Positions 50,600-63,926 of a stretch of 64,000 bases of DNA are shown one piece after another. The stretch covers positions 10,656 to 74,655 of the forward strand of contig CDMY01000449.1 of assembly GCA_001179505.1 (NCBI GenBank). Direction: 5' to 3'. The notes below the pieces were generated by a model, which was not told the origin of the DNA, did no database searches, and was given only the letters and a program-made list of their open reading frames with translations. Source of the DNA: Vitrella brassicaformis CCMP3155 (taxonomy: Eukaryota > Protista > Chromerida). Numbering within the stretch: the stretch's first letter is position 1; every line of letters begins with the position of its first letter. Position numbers and translations under genes: made by a program.

Positions 50600-53500
50600 C
50601 ATGCGCCTGAGGGACACACACACACGCACGCACGCACGCACACAGAGAGAGAGAGAGGGAAGAGCGGATGGATGGCGCCTACATGTGCTCGAAGAGCAAT
50701 AGGGTGAGGCTGAGCGCAAGAGAGAAACAAGGGGCGTGTGTCTTCCTTCTTGTCAAGCTTCTGCCGCACACGAATGCTTACTGATCCCAGGTCAGATGAC
50801 ACCACGAGTCGTTGAAGCCTGGGGTTCAAGGACCAAAACACAAATGACACACCATTGCACCATGTGTCAAAGGGCACCATTGAGCCAGCTGAACAGACGC
50901 TGAAACAGACATACATACCCGATCTCGATTCGTCGTATTCAAAGATTCTTTGAATACGATCATGCACAAATTTTTACATACCTCACACACTTGCGTGTCG
51001 ACGTTCTGCATGATGTCTTTTAGCTCGTCTCGATCAGGTCCGAACGTCTCCTGGCATTTCTCTTGGCTGAACACATGAGACACAGCACAGCGAGGCCTTG
51101 CCATTCAGTTTCCTCACTGGTGGAGAGGTTGCTCACTGGTTGTACACGTGCAGCCGATCCAGGCAGTACTTGAGGCCCGCCAGCACGTGGGTCATCTCCG
51201 TCGCGTAAGCGGCCTTCACACACAGACAGCCACACATATACACGTCGGGCTGTTCGCTTTGCGTCTGTTATGACCTCGGCTTGGTTCTTCGCGTACGCTG
51301 CCATCATACAGCCGTTGTCATAGCATACGCACTCCACCTCCGGATGGCGCCGTTTTCTAAAGGACAGAAAGCTCATAGACAGGAGAATACGGTACCAAAC
51401 TGAAGATGTCGGCTTCAATCCTGTACATTTCCGCACACAGGAAGTGAGCTGAGCAAACACAAAAGACAGACACATGTGTGGTCGATGCATCGTTGTCTCT
51501 CCGCGACCTTGCGTGAGTGATTCGGAGGCAGCCATCATTGAGAATCCCAGGACCTCGCCGCACGGGCGCATGGCGACCAGGATTCCCGCCGTTGCCTTGT
51601 TGGTGTCTGTGCTCTCCTTGTCCCTGACGCGTGCATGGAGACAAGGAAACATCGCGTGGCTTTCAAGTGACGCAATTGACCTACGTCCTGCAGCCGGTGA
51701 GATTTGTTGTCTTGTCGATGCCGGCCAGCTCTGATGACAAAGGGAGATAGACACATTGCATCAGGCCAGGGTGGGCCGCTCTATGCTTCTCACGAGAAGA
51801 CAGGTGGACAAGCGAGTCATCTGCCGAGCCGCGCCTTCCTGGGCTGCCAGCTGGAGAAACGGCGAAAAGAAAAAAATCGACATCTCAACAACAGCTCCAC
51901 TGTGTCTTACTTCGTCGTCTTTTCGACGCATCAGACTCCGATCTCTTGCCTCTTTTCACGGACGAGACCTGCCAGCTCCTTGACGTGTGAGCTCTTGGCT
52001 TTGCCTTACTTGTTGTTGTTGAAGTACGGAACTCATTCAACGCATACCAGCCGCCTGACACACACAGTGCCAGATGTGTGCGCGAACCATCCGCTTGACA
52101 GACCTCTTACCGACGTATTTTGATCGGTCGATCAATTCCTCCATGGACACGCCTTTGACTGTCGTTTGATCCTTGAGAATGACGTCATAGAAAAGTTCCT
52201 GCGTAATAGACATCATATGTTTTGCCGGACGCATGTCTCGACCATGTCTCCGCGAATGTCATTGGCTTTTCCTGCCTGCCGACTCCCTCCCCTGTATGTG
52301 CGCCCCACCTGTGTGCCGTCCTCGGCCACCCGGCACTGCTTGGAGGTGAGCCTCTCCACTCTTCGAGCCATCCCATCTTCGTCGACATCAGCATCATTCA
52401 ACTGAAGGCGCGACATCTCGATGGCCTACCGGCGAGAGACAGGCACTCATGGCGGTTCAGGGACGCACAGATAAATTGATCAGACTCACAATGAGGCAAT
52501 CCTCGCAAAGCTTGGACCCACTGACTGGACGTCCCAGACAAGGAAGCAGCATGGACCGCCCCTGATATCCGAGATGAGGCATCGCAGAATATCATCGAAG
52601 CGGTCTGAGCTTACGAGCTCCTTGCTGTAGAGCTCTGAGAGGCCCTCAGTCGCACAACGGGGGATGGTTAGCTTCCTGCCGCCATCGATAATAACCACTG
52701 AGTGCACACCCCATCAAAGGTACATCGCTCGTCCTCTTTGAACCCATCTATTCCCTAACCCTTGCTGCAGTGCTCGTGACTGCACTGATGCTCGGCAGTC
52801 AGCTCCTCAAAGTCCTGTACAGACAGACACACACGCAATCGACAAAGCAGGGACACAACGGATTTGGAGGGATCAACTTTCTTGACTCTAGCCACCAGTA
52901 GTCGCTACCAGTGAGTACGCGTCGAGGAAGTCGCTGATGTTGACTGCCATGTCGATGTTGACAAAGGAGTTTGGTGCTATGAGCTTGACCATCTCTGTGT
53001 TGGCGGAATCGTGCTCACGACATGCATTGACTGTCGCCCGATTCAACCGACGCTGAGACACCAAAAATGTGGTTCGTGTCTGTGCATATCTTTTTGCTAG
53101 CCTGTTGACTGACCTCTGCGAAACGCGCCAGTCGATACAATGTGAACGCCCTCGTGAGCTGCAACAATCCATTTAGACGGAAAAGGTGCGTTACTCTGCC
53201 CGTCTTTGTGTGTCTCTGAGTGACTGACGTGCACTCGCAGTGCGCCCTTTGACAGCCCAGTGCGCCGCACTTGCCCAAACACAAACTCTTCCTCCAGGCA
53301 ATCCTGCGGAATGAAAGCAGACACAATGCTCTCGTCTCACTGTCTGGCCAGTGAGGGACAGTCCGGACCTGGAAGAGGTACGCATTTGCAAAACCTGAAG
53401 GGAGGAAAAAGAAGCATGTGAAGCCCCATCCACGGCCTGGGATATCCTCACTGACCGTAGAATGACACTTGACTGGAACAAACCATTCAGTCAAGACATG

Positions 53501-54477
53501 AAGACAGGGCCCTTTTGCTTCCGTTTTGCTTACCTCGTGTGCTGCAAGAGCATGAGTTGGTCCAGCATCGTTGTATCAAATGCCCTCTTGGTCGAGATCA
53601 TGAAATGCCTGTGGACATTGTGGTTTAAGGGAAAGCTATCTATTCATAGTATGCGATGATTCACAGCCATTGTGGAGACCTCAGCTCTATTTGGTTGCCA
53701 TTCTGATCTTTTCCGCCAGTAAATCCCCCGAAAATCGTCTGGAAGAAAGAAGAAACGGGCAAGCAGCAAATAAGACGGTGCGAAAAAATGCATCTGAGCG
53801 CCACAAAGCTTCTGACCTGCAAATCGTTTGGGAACAGGTGGAGGCGGCTGCACAGTAGAAAGGCTTTCCACAGTTAAGAAAGAATGGGAGTGACTGAAGG
53901 AAGCCTCTTCTAACACCGACCGTTTCTGCTGCTGGTAAAACACCGATGTGTCGAAGTCATCCTCTTCACCGTTGGCATCCTCCTTCTCGTCCGCTTCTTC
54001 ATCTTGGCCCCCCTCATCTCTGCTCCTTGGGATGGTGTGGAACTGAGTCCGTGACGACACACACAGATGCATTGAAGAGAATAGATGGCGCCCGACTGAA
54101 GTGCAAAATCAGTTTGTTACATTCTGATAGTGTCTTGAGCGGCAGCCGTTTCGCGTACACACTTTAAGAACCGCTAGACCATGCAGCTGCCCAACTGGCG
54201 TCTCGATCAGGACGTCCATGCACTTGCGATACGACAGGTTACCGCTGCACTCGAGGCACACATCGCCTGAAACAAAGACGTGCAGATGTGCTGCTTCCTG
54301 TGTCTTTCTTGGTATGTCACCTGGGTAGGATAGAATAGTGTAAGGAAGCGCTTTTGCTGTTTTCGCCTCCTCGTAGCGTTCTCTTCTGGAACTCGAGACC
54401 GCGGGGAAGATATTTCTGGGGACAACAATGCGCTGGGAAATACAGGTGCATGTGCTCGGTGGGGTTGCTGTTCTCAC
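50600..54477 (-). mobile_element. Intron-rich KDZ (Kyakuja-Dileera-Zisupton) transposase gene with an N-terminal CxC cysteine cluster; element termini not identified
   Basis: Canonical splicing yields YPG|DVCLECSGNL...VLIETPVGQLHG...KVCTRNGCRSRHYQN (CxC), HFMISTKRAFDTTML, HQCSHEHCSK|VVIIDGGRKLTIPRCA, GILVAMRPCGEVLG...SESLTQ, VCYDNGC, DRLHVYNH|QEKCQETFGP, VDTQVCE|RLFSWLN. This is the KDZ motif order as recalled, with catalytic D, D, E. Confidence 0.88.
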
Positions 54478-54549
54478 TGGATCAAGACGTTGAGAGACGG
54501 CTCACTCACACCTGATCCAATTTGTCGGAGCGAAGAGCCCGCAGCGACA

Positions 54550-56160
54550 TGAAAGGAGAAGAATTATCTAATAAACGGTGGTCTCAAGCTGACCTAGCTT
54601 CTCCTGCAGAGGAATGCAGGCCTGCTGGCTGCAAACACACACAATCAACCAAGAAGCGTCAGATCTGCCATCCAAGTGCAAATGCAAATGCCCTCTCAAT
54701 TGGTCCCTTTCTGCACTGACACTGCTGCAAATGGACACACATCAGGCGCGGCAATCCCATGGCGTCATCAGAAAGATGCCCACGTACCTTCAATGGGGGT
54801 GTGCGACGGCAAGCGCAGCAGACATTCCACGAGTGGGCTGTACTGCGTGAGGATGGCCGCAACGCCTTTGATCTCGTCAAGGGAAAGTTGTTTTGGTTCC
54901 ATTCTTCGCTCAGCCTCTTGCAGCGTTGGTTACTGCAGCGGTCTTCCACGACTCAGGGAAGGACACACAAACACATAGATACACACACACGCACACCCCG
55001 GGAGCTGGGGAGCGTCAACGAGGAGGGGAGAGAAGGGAGCCCCAAATCATGCAGGCCCCAACACGATTTTGGGGCCGCCGCGAAGGCCGTGTCGCATACG
55101 CTGCACATGTCTTGTCAGGCAGACGAATGCATGGACGTCATCGTTTGTGGCGATGACTCGCACGCCACGGGGAGAGAAGATGCTGTTGAAGACAAGAAGG
55201 AGTCCACACCAAGGTGGGTGTAGTGTCAGGTCTCGATTACCCCCGCTCGATTCGTGTGTGGCCCTCTTACAGACGTTCTCCACGGCTGAAGGCCATCTAC
55301 AAGAGTGAACAGGAGCCTGTCACGGTGGATGGCCCGCCACCGCCTCTCACTGATTCCGAGGTGGACACACACACGACCAACGAATCGGATGCACATCTTC
55401 GGACGATGTGGTGCTTTGCTTCTACTGGTCCCAGCTTCGTTCGATGGAGAGGATGTTTCGTTCGATGGTGCTGAAGGTCTATCGCAAGGCTGGCAAGCGA
55501 TGGCTGAAGTGGCTGCTGCGGGAGGTAGACAGGCGATGGCTGAAGGCGAAGCTGAAGCCGTTTGAGCGCGACATCCCCGAGGGCGCCTTCCTGGATTTTT
55601 GTAGACGACAAAACACGACCGTGACGAAAGGCAAACAAACACAACTGTGGTTGCTGCTGTTTGTGTGAATTCATGTGCTCCTACAGCACTGAAGAACGGG
55701 TATTTAGTTAAAGAGAAGAAGCGGTCAGGAAGTGGGACTCTCATAGGCACCCCCGACACGAAGATACAGGCGGGAGACTCTCGCTTTGAAGGCATTTTCC
55801 TGGATCCGGCGAAGACATACGAAAGAACATTTGAGTCTGTGCTGTATCATCTGAGTGCGAATCAGAGCAGCGCCCTTCGTTTGAGACAGCGGCCTATGTC
55901 GTTTGTCGAGTTTGAAGCGCTGAGACACACGCAAGTAAGCGAGACACGCATCAATGTCTGCCAAACGGATAAAACTCCCTGTCTGCCAGCCTGCAAAGAG
56001 CCGAGCGAAAGCGAAACAGGGCCCGCTACCGCTGGCAGCCAAAAATGCAGAACTGCAGGTGACAAATTGGATTGCAATTGTGCAATTCCTGCGTGTGACT
56101 GATGTGGAAAATGTCGGTCAGAAAGCGGCCAAGGACTACCGAGAGAGGCTCTTTTAAGCT
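54550..56160 (+). CDS. Hypothetical gene or relic divergent from the KDZ transposase
   Basis: Protein-like segments MASSERCPRTF...WLLQR, MERMFRSMVLKVYRKAGKRWLKWLL..., LKNGYLVKEKK...FEALRHTQ|gtaagc. Frame connectivity unclear. Confidence 0.35.
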
Positions 56161-56519
56161 GAGACGCGACGATGCGCGTGATTCTGCTGGCAGCCGCAAT
56201 GAATAGCGTGTCAATGCAGCCGTGAAGTTTGTGTTTGTCTGCAGTCGAGGGGTCTGTAGGCCCTGGGTTGTTGGATAGGTGAAGACATTTGAGACATTGG
56301 ATGATGCGAACGGTCAAAGCTCTGGCAGATCGTCAACGAGAGCATTGCGCACATACTCGGCACGCAGGAGAATTCGCTCGTGTACGTAGTGTACGCACGT
56401 ATACGACAACGCGACACGAGCCCGTGCAAAGACCACTAGCAGTGCAAAGCTCATGGGCACTGAGTAAAGCCATGATGGCCATAAGTGTCTTGTCGACGAA
56501 CACACATGACCAGTCTTCA

Positions 56520-56523
56520 TCTA

Positions 56524-56558
<35 letters not shown>

Positions 56559-57684
56559 GTATGGATTGCTTTTGACTCAGGAGTTTGCGTTTCTTCTCAC
56601 TGCTGTGTCTGTCCTCAATGTTGGAAGGGAACGGCATCCATCAGTGTCGACACACGTCGCGGTTGAACGAAGGCTAGGCCTGAAAGGCAAGAAGTACACA
56701 CACATCGATCGATCATATACGTACGAGAACACAGACACATGCATGTATACGTATACGTATTATGTATACCATGGTACGTATGTATGTATGTACGTATGTA
56801 TGTGTGCGCATTGTGTATGTAGTGATTGGGGCGATGCGCTGTATGTATGTGATTCACCGTACGTACGCACGTTACACACACGAAACTTCACTCACCGGCT
56901 GCCTCTCGGTCGGCTGCTGCTTCTCAATCACTCGTCTATCAGAATCAATCCGGCCGCATTCATTGACTCTGCCGCGGGATCGATGCCAATCGTTGGTTGA
57001 GTCACTCCTCGCCTCCTTGGATGAGTGAGAACGACAGAGGACAGGGGCGTGCTTCCTTGTCTGCTTGGCTAGAAAGAGTGAATGAAGCAGCCGCGTCAAG
57101 GCTTTGTCCATCCAAGCACGGCCGATCCACCACCACCTGACACACAAACAGAGGGGAAGCAACGCGATCGATCGGTCGTCTGGCTCTGGCTGCTTGCTGC
57201 CTGCATTCTCTTGCCCTCTCTCTCTCTCTATCTCTCTCTCTCTCTCTCTCTCTCGGTTGCGTGGTTCAAGTGACTGACCTGCTGCTGCCCGGTCTGTCTG
57301 TTGTTCCTCTTTAGCATGCTGAGCTTTGGGGGTCGATAAGGCAGTCGCGAGCCAGCCAAGCAACCATCTGCAATGGCAAGCCATCCATCCACACGGATCA
57401 GAAAAGCCGCGAGCTGCCTCCATGGAATGGATGAGGCCGGGGGGAAAGGACGGCCGAAGCGATGAAAAGGCGCATTCGCCTCAATGAATGCTGCAGACAT
57501 GATCCGCGGTGTCTCCATTCATTCACCTGTGTGTCGAGCTGTCTTCCATCGTTGCCATCCCCAGGTAAGTCACCAGGTACTTAAGCCGCCGTCCGTCCGC
57601 CGGTCTGTTGACGGGCACATGCTCTGCTCTCCACACTCCAACACACAGATACAGCCAGCCAGCCAGCCAGCCAGCCACCTGCTC

Positions 57685-57717
<33 letters not shown>

Positions 57718-58440
57718 CAGGTACCAGGAGATCGATCAGCGCCGGGGCAGCCAGCCCCGGCCCTGAAGGCTATCGGAAACAGCCTTGCTTGGTGCTCGAT
57801 GACTGACCGATGGGTCGATCTGCCAGCCCGCTTTGTCATCGTCTTGCTATCGCGGCAGGCAGGACAGCACCTACACGAGAGAGAGGCAGACACACACAAC
57901 ACAGGACGGCCCATTCATCAGTTGCGCAGGAATGGACTCGCCGTCGTTCCCTTACCTCGTCTGTCAATGAGGCAGACACTTAGCGGCGTCCGTCATCCTC
58001 AATACGCAGGCAGGCAGGCAGGCAGGCATCCGCCCGGCCGCACCGCTCTCCTCGTATGACTCCATTCCGTCCTTTCATTTGCTTCGCCGGTCACACCTGG
58101 ACACAGACGCACGGACAGAGAAAAGAGGGAAGCCTGTGGATCTCTCTGTCGGTTTGCTTCTGGAAAGATCTCAGCGGATGGCGAGCTTAGCTTGCAGAGG
58201 TCGCTGCAGAAGGCCACCTAGGGTGCTCCGTGAAACCGTCGCTGCAGAAGACAGATCTCCGGACCAAAACCACACGCCTCGCCCGGCAGGTAACACGCAG
58301 ATCCACTGGCGAAGGAAGCGCTTCATTTCGTCACCTCTCTGCCTTTCTCATTCATGCAGCTTCCTTGCAGCAGACGTCCATCCAGGCGGCCTCCTCATCC
58401 TGAAACCACAAGCAACACAATGCGCGACACTGTCAGGTGA
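56520..58440 (+). repeat. Repeat R, copy E (~1.9 kb, ungapped)
   Basis: Reverse complement of copies C and D; colinear with copy B. Confidence 0.9.
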
Positions 58441-61437
58441 CAACAACAAACAGCGCCGTGCCATCCTTTCGCCGCGCGGCATTGTTTCGACCTTTTTGCT
58501 GCTACCGTCTTGGTGCAGGTACCGCCGTGGCTATCCGGGTCAGCGTGATGGCCAGTCGACGACAGTGTTGCAGTTCTACCTCAACCGCATCGCGTCGACG
58601 CCTTACGGCACCAAGATAGAGGCCATCCTGGCGGACTGTCGCGGGGACTCCGAGCTGCTCGCGAGGCGCCTATTCGGGTGCATTCAGGTGTGCGCGACAG
58701 ACAGCCAGACAGACAGACAGACAGACAGACAGAACGCATCCCCATTTCCCGTCACGTCAGTCACTGCAACGAACGGTCGCTGTCTTGTTGTGTGTGTGTC
58801 CGTCAGTGGCTGTTTCCCATCCGTGAAAAGGGCCTGGCTGGCGATGCACCGCCTCTGACCAAACCTGAGGCCGAGTACATGGCGACGGACGAGTGGGTCA
58901 AGGACAGAGTGCTTCGCGCGTACAAGATGATTCTAGGTCAGTCAATCAGGCAACAAGCGGGCGACACACCGCAGACACGGAAGGGGCTGCCACACACATC
59001 CGCACTGTCATCTCTGTGCTGTTGGTCGTGTGCTTCGTCCAGACTTCTATGGCTTCCGTCTGGCGTGTGACGAAACCGGTGAGGTCGAGCGTGCCGCCGA
59101 GTCGGAGTACCCCCGGAGGTTCAACCACGTGGTCATGGTGCGGCACATTACCCGCATCATCAAGTCCCTCGGCGAGCTGGGATATCAGCACTTCCAAAGG
59201 CCGCTCGTCGAGACCCTCATCAGCGGTGGGCGGGTGGGTGACGGATACATGGACGTCTGTGTGTGCATGTATTGTGGCTGGGTGCCTGTGTGCAGAGATC
59301 TATGACAGTTGCCCGGCGCATCTCGACATCGTGTCTCTCCGCATGGCGAAATCGGCCACGCGATTGTGGGTGCATCTTGTTAGGTACGGTAGACATACAC
59401 ACACACACACACACACATACACCACCCAGAGACCCTCACTGATGCGTGTGCGATTCTCAGGGACGAGAATGAGCGTCAGGACCTCTGCCGCATGGTCTTC
59501 CACAAGTATCGAGAGGACATACGCGAGCCGGGAGACGACTTCTCACTCACCGGTACACAGACGGACACACAGACATGTACGACCCACCAATCCGATACGT
59601 GGCCTCCCCTCCTCTGTTCTTCTCCCTGTCGCCCCCACCCATCCGTCAGTGGCCGCCCCGCCCCCTCCTTTGCCCACACCACACGACACCACGAGCAGCA
59701 AAGCAGTTGGCCTGCTCGACGGCCTCCCTGTCTATGCGGCCGCCAATGGGTGCTTCAAGGCGCGGATCGATGGCGAGGTGCGCACACTGCCTGCGGCAGC
59801 AAAGCCCAAGATCGTGATGTTTGTGGACGAGCAACAGCATCCGGCGCAGCACAAACCAACCATGCAGGTCATCGTCGAGGCTCTTACTGGTAAAGGCCGC
59901 ATCCGGTCGGACACACACAATCGCTCTGTGACCTCGTCATTCGTTCGTCTTTGTATCTTTGGCAATGTATTTATGCAGGCAAGGTTTTCACGCTGTGTGT
60001 CGCCCCGTCTGACACCATCGAGGACGTCAAGGCCGACATACAGCACCGTGAGGGCACCCCGCCCTTCCAGCAGCTGGTGCTTTTAGGAGAACAAACGGTT
60101 GGAGAACTGGTAGGGCCGGAGAACGAACGGACCCTGGCGTTCTACGGCATCCAGGACAATGACATGCTGCGCCTCGTCCAGTTCATGCAGATCTTCGTCA
60201 AGCGTCTTGATGGTATGCACCCTTGAACATCCCGCAACCGAAAGCGTGCCACTCTCCTGGTGCATTCAGGCATGACCATCACGGTGCAGGCCTGTCGGCA
60301 TGAGACCGTTACGGACCTTAAGGCGAAGATAAAGGAGCGTGAGGGCATCCCGACCGACCAGCAGCGACTCATCTTCGCCGGTCGGCAGCTGGAGGACGGC
60401 CGCACCTTCGACTACTACAACATCCAGGAGGAGTCTACGGTGCATCTGATGCTGAGACTGAGGGGGGGCATGTTCCATGAGACCAGGTGAGGCCGACTCG
60501 GCGCACACAGTGACGACCAACACAGCCGTGCACACCTGGCTGCAATCCCTGTGTGTTTGGTGCAGCGGCCGTCACGGCTTCAACGCCTCTAGTGCGATGG
60601 AGTCAGGCCAAGACGACCAACAGGTGACCTATACCACACAGTACACTGAGGGGGGGCGAGGCGTCCATCTGTGTGGTCCCCGTACTGCAGGAGGGACCTG
60701 ACACACACCAGCAGCAGCCGGCCAGCAATGGGGGAGCAGGTGGGTGGGTGAGAGGGGGGGGGGNNNNNNNNNNNNNNNNNNNNNNNNNNNNNNNNNNNNN
60801 NNNNNNNNNNNNNNNNNNNNNNNNNNNNNNNNNNNNNNNNNNNNNNNNNNNNNNNNNNNNNNNNNNNNNNNNNNNNNNNNNNNNNNNNNNNNNNNNNNNN
60901 NNNNNNNNNNNNNNNNNNNNNNNNNNNNNNNNNNNNNNNNNNNNNNNNNNNNNNNNNNNNNNNNNNNNNNNNNNNNNNNNNNNNNNNNNNNNNNNNNNNN
61001 NNNNNNNNNNNNNNNNNNNNNNNNNNNNNNNNNNNNNNNNNNNNNNNNNNNNNNNNNNNNNNNGGGGGGGGGGTGGGGGGCGGCCGGCAAAGTGTCATCC
61101 TGTTTTGTTGCCAATCTCAGGTGGTGCAGACGACGAGGAGGATGGCAACGACCAGCACCAGATGTCCAGCGAGAAGAAGAAGCGACCCCCGGCCAAGCCG
61201 CTGTTCACTCGGTCTGCCATCGCTGCTGGTCTGGTGCGCCCCAGGAAGACCGCCAAGGACGACAAGGCAGAGCGGGTGAACAACAACAGGAAGCCTGGAA
61301 ATGGGACGGCGGGGACCGTGGCGTGTGGGGGCGGCATGACGCGCAAGATGGCCTGCAAACGGGCGGCAGAGCAGACTGGTACCGCGGCCGATCGGCGGGC
61401 CAGCAAACGCACAAAGAAAGAGAAGGGGCTGCTGTAA
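58360..61437 (+). CDS. OGFr-N plus ubiquitin-like plus ubiquitin-domain protein, copy 2
   Basis: TMRDTVR|YRRGYPG...QFYLNRI...GCIQ|WLFP...RAYKMIL|DFYGFRL...[13 protein letters not shown], then a Ubl exon, then MTITVQ...[33 protein letters not shown]...[13 protein letters not shown]. The last exon (61120-61437) lies beyond a gap, so its link is inferred. Confidence 0.8.
60764..61063. other. Assembly gap (300 N) flanked by G runs
   Basis: N run. Confidence 1.
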
Positions 61438-61913
61438 GTGAGGCATTGAGGGAGTGAAGCCAGCAGCCAGGAGGCAGACAGACACATGCCTTCTCGTTTA
61501 TGAGTTCACCGACAGTTTTTTGTATGCCGTCACTCTCTGTCATGGTTGTGTGCTAGGGTGTCGGGTGGGGCGTGCCGCCTTTTTTGTCCTTCTATGATGT
61601 CTTATGTGTCTGTGTGGTGGCAAGTGTATTTGTATCCATCGGAGTGTGCGTGTGGGGGGCGTTTGCTGGGCCCCGGAATGAAGGCCGATTGTGTGTTCCG
61701 AAGATATGTGAGTAAGATATCTGAGTGTTTCTGTGTTGGCGGTCTATGTGTGTGCGAATCTGTGTTCTCTGGCAGAAAACGAACCAAGAGTCAGCAAATT
61801 CGTTCTGATCCGATTCGAACAACAAAGAATGTCATGCATTGAATCACACTTGTACAACGATGCAACATCTCACACGCACGTACACCGGCTCATTCGTCCT
61901 CCTGCCTGCCAAG

Positions 61914-63693
61914 TTAGTGTGTGTGGGTGGACGCGATGAACGGCATGAGGGGGCACTCTCCCTGTGGGTATCGCTGCATCGAAGAGGCCCTCCCGCACAC
62001 GCGGCACCGCTTGTCGTGTTCGATCATCAACACGTGCAGGGACGGCTTCAGCGACTCGGGCACTCTGAACGACATGCCACACACACAGACAGACACAGAG
62101 AGGCACCACAGACAGCAGCAACATGCATCATTTCTGTGACAGATTGCAGCCGTACGCTGTGTGCGTACCTTCTGTTGAGGTGTTCGTATGTCTGCAGTCG
62201 TGTGGCTGACGGCGGCACCCACTGCAGCCTCAGGGCCACCTTGTGCACGTGTGTGTCGACGGGGAACTCCGGCCGGTTGAGGCCGAACATCATCACACAC
62301 GCCAGCGTCTTGGCCCCCACACCCTTGTAGCTGAACCACACACCACAGACAGACAGACAGACGATGACATTCCTCGGCGGAGGCTCTTCCCGTGTTCCTC
62401 TCCCCTCTGTGGCCATCGACCCACCTGAGAAGGTGTCGCTTCACGTCCTCGTCAGGCAGGTCCCGCAGATACTCGAGCGACGGCTCGCCACCATCCTGCA
62501 CACGCCACACAGACAGACAGGCCAACAGACAAAGCCATCGACTGACACGAGAAGCGCCATGGGGAATTGGTGGGGGCTGTCAGTGAGCTCACGTGGTGGC
62601 CCTGGTCGAGTACGTCCTGCAGGATGACTCTCATGCGCTTGACCTTGGTGGTCGCCAGGCCGCCCCGCACTATGGTGGCCTCCACGGCCGAGGGGTCGGC
62701 GTCCAGCACAGACCGCCACGTCGGATACGATGCCTGCACACACACACAGACATTGAACACAGAAATGAGAGATGTGACGACGGTGCAGCTGGCTGTGTGT
62801 TGTGTCACCTTGAGGCGCTTGAACATCTCATCCGACACGACGTCAGTCGTATTCTGATGCACAGACAGACAGACAGACAGACAGGAGAGAGATGTCGTGT
62901 CCCCGTCCTTCACCCCTCTAGCCATGGTCAATTGTACCTGTGAGAGGATGACCCGAACGAGCAAATCCAATAAGGGTCCCCCGGCCAGCCACTCGCCCAC
63001 TGGCGAGCCCCTGGCACTCGATGACGACTGTGGCTGTGCCGCCCTCTGGCTGGTCAGTATGTGTCCGTGTATTTGTTGCAGGACGTCATGGACGATGCGG
63101 CAGTCATAGGTGGAGGGGTGCGGCCACAGAGGGAACGGCTCCTCGTCCAACACCTTCTTGGCCCACGGCTCATCTGCTGATCCACCTTCGCCCATGACAT
63201 CACCGTCATGAGTCGGTGCCGTGGCCCTCTTCCGTCTGGTGCCTCGCCGCTGCTTTCCTCCAGCCTTGCTGAGCCCACCCCCATTATCGACATCGCTCCA
63301 GCCCGTTGAGGACGCCACGGACATCCTCTCAATGTCACCACCAGCATCATGATCAGGGGACTCACGATGCTCCCTCCTATCAGCAGCACTCATCGCAGCT
63401 CCTCTGCTCGCGCTGTCCCTGACACACTGGCCGTCTAATTGCCTCTCCAATCTCATGGATCCCTGCCTCATGCCGTGCCGCACGCCGGCGGGCGGCAGTT
63501 GCTGCGCTCTTCTGTCGTCATCTCGATATCTGAACGCGTCGAAGTCGAAGGGCACCGCAGCCGATGAGTCCCCGGCGTCATGCCCCCCCTCGTTGTGGCT
63601 CAGTGAGCAACCACCGTGCGGCGGGCTGGTTTTTGGTCGCGGCTTGGTTCGGCGCCGCTTCGGAGGTGGTAGAGGGGCAGGAAAGGATGCCAT
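61914..63693 (-). CDS. HhH-GPD superfamily (endonuclease III-related) DNA glycosylase with a disordered N-terminus
   Basis: LLDLLVRVILSQ|NTTD...; GGLATTKVKRMRVILQ; HhH motif YKGVGAKTLACV with Lys; FPVDTHVHKVALRL with catalytic Asp; LHVLMIEHDKRCRVC. Confidence 0.9.
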
Positions 63694-63926
63694 CAACACA
63701 TGGGACACAGCAAAAAAGAAGGCCACGGATTCTAGCTCGCGTTTGCGTTAGGGTTCCTGTGAAAGCGCTTGGGGAAAGGGATTTTTTCCATCACACTCGC
63801 ATAAGTAACGCCCTGCCCACAGTCACAGGAGCCGCGACTGCGTCGTGGTTGTCTCGAAGATGAAGGATACCTGTCCTATTGCTTCCAGCAACAGATTGGG
63901 CACGGTAACTTTGCGCTACAACCGCC

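Noticed and set aside
50250-56520. Terminal inverted repeats for the KDZ element
   Set aside because: None found by eye near either end of the transposase or its neighbours; needs multi-copy alignment.
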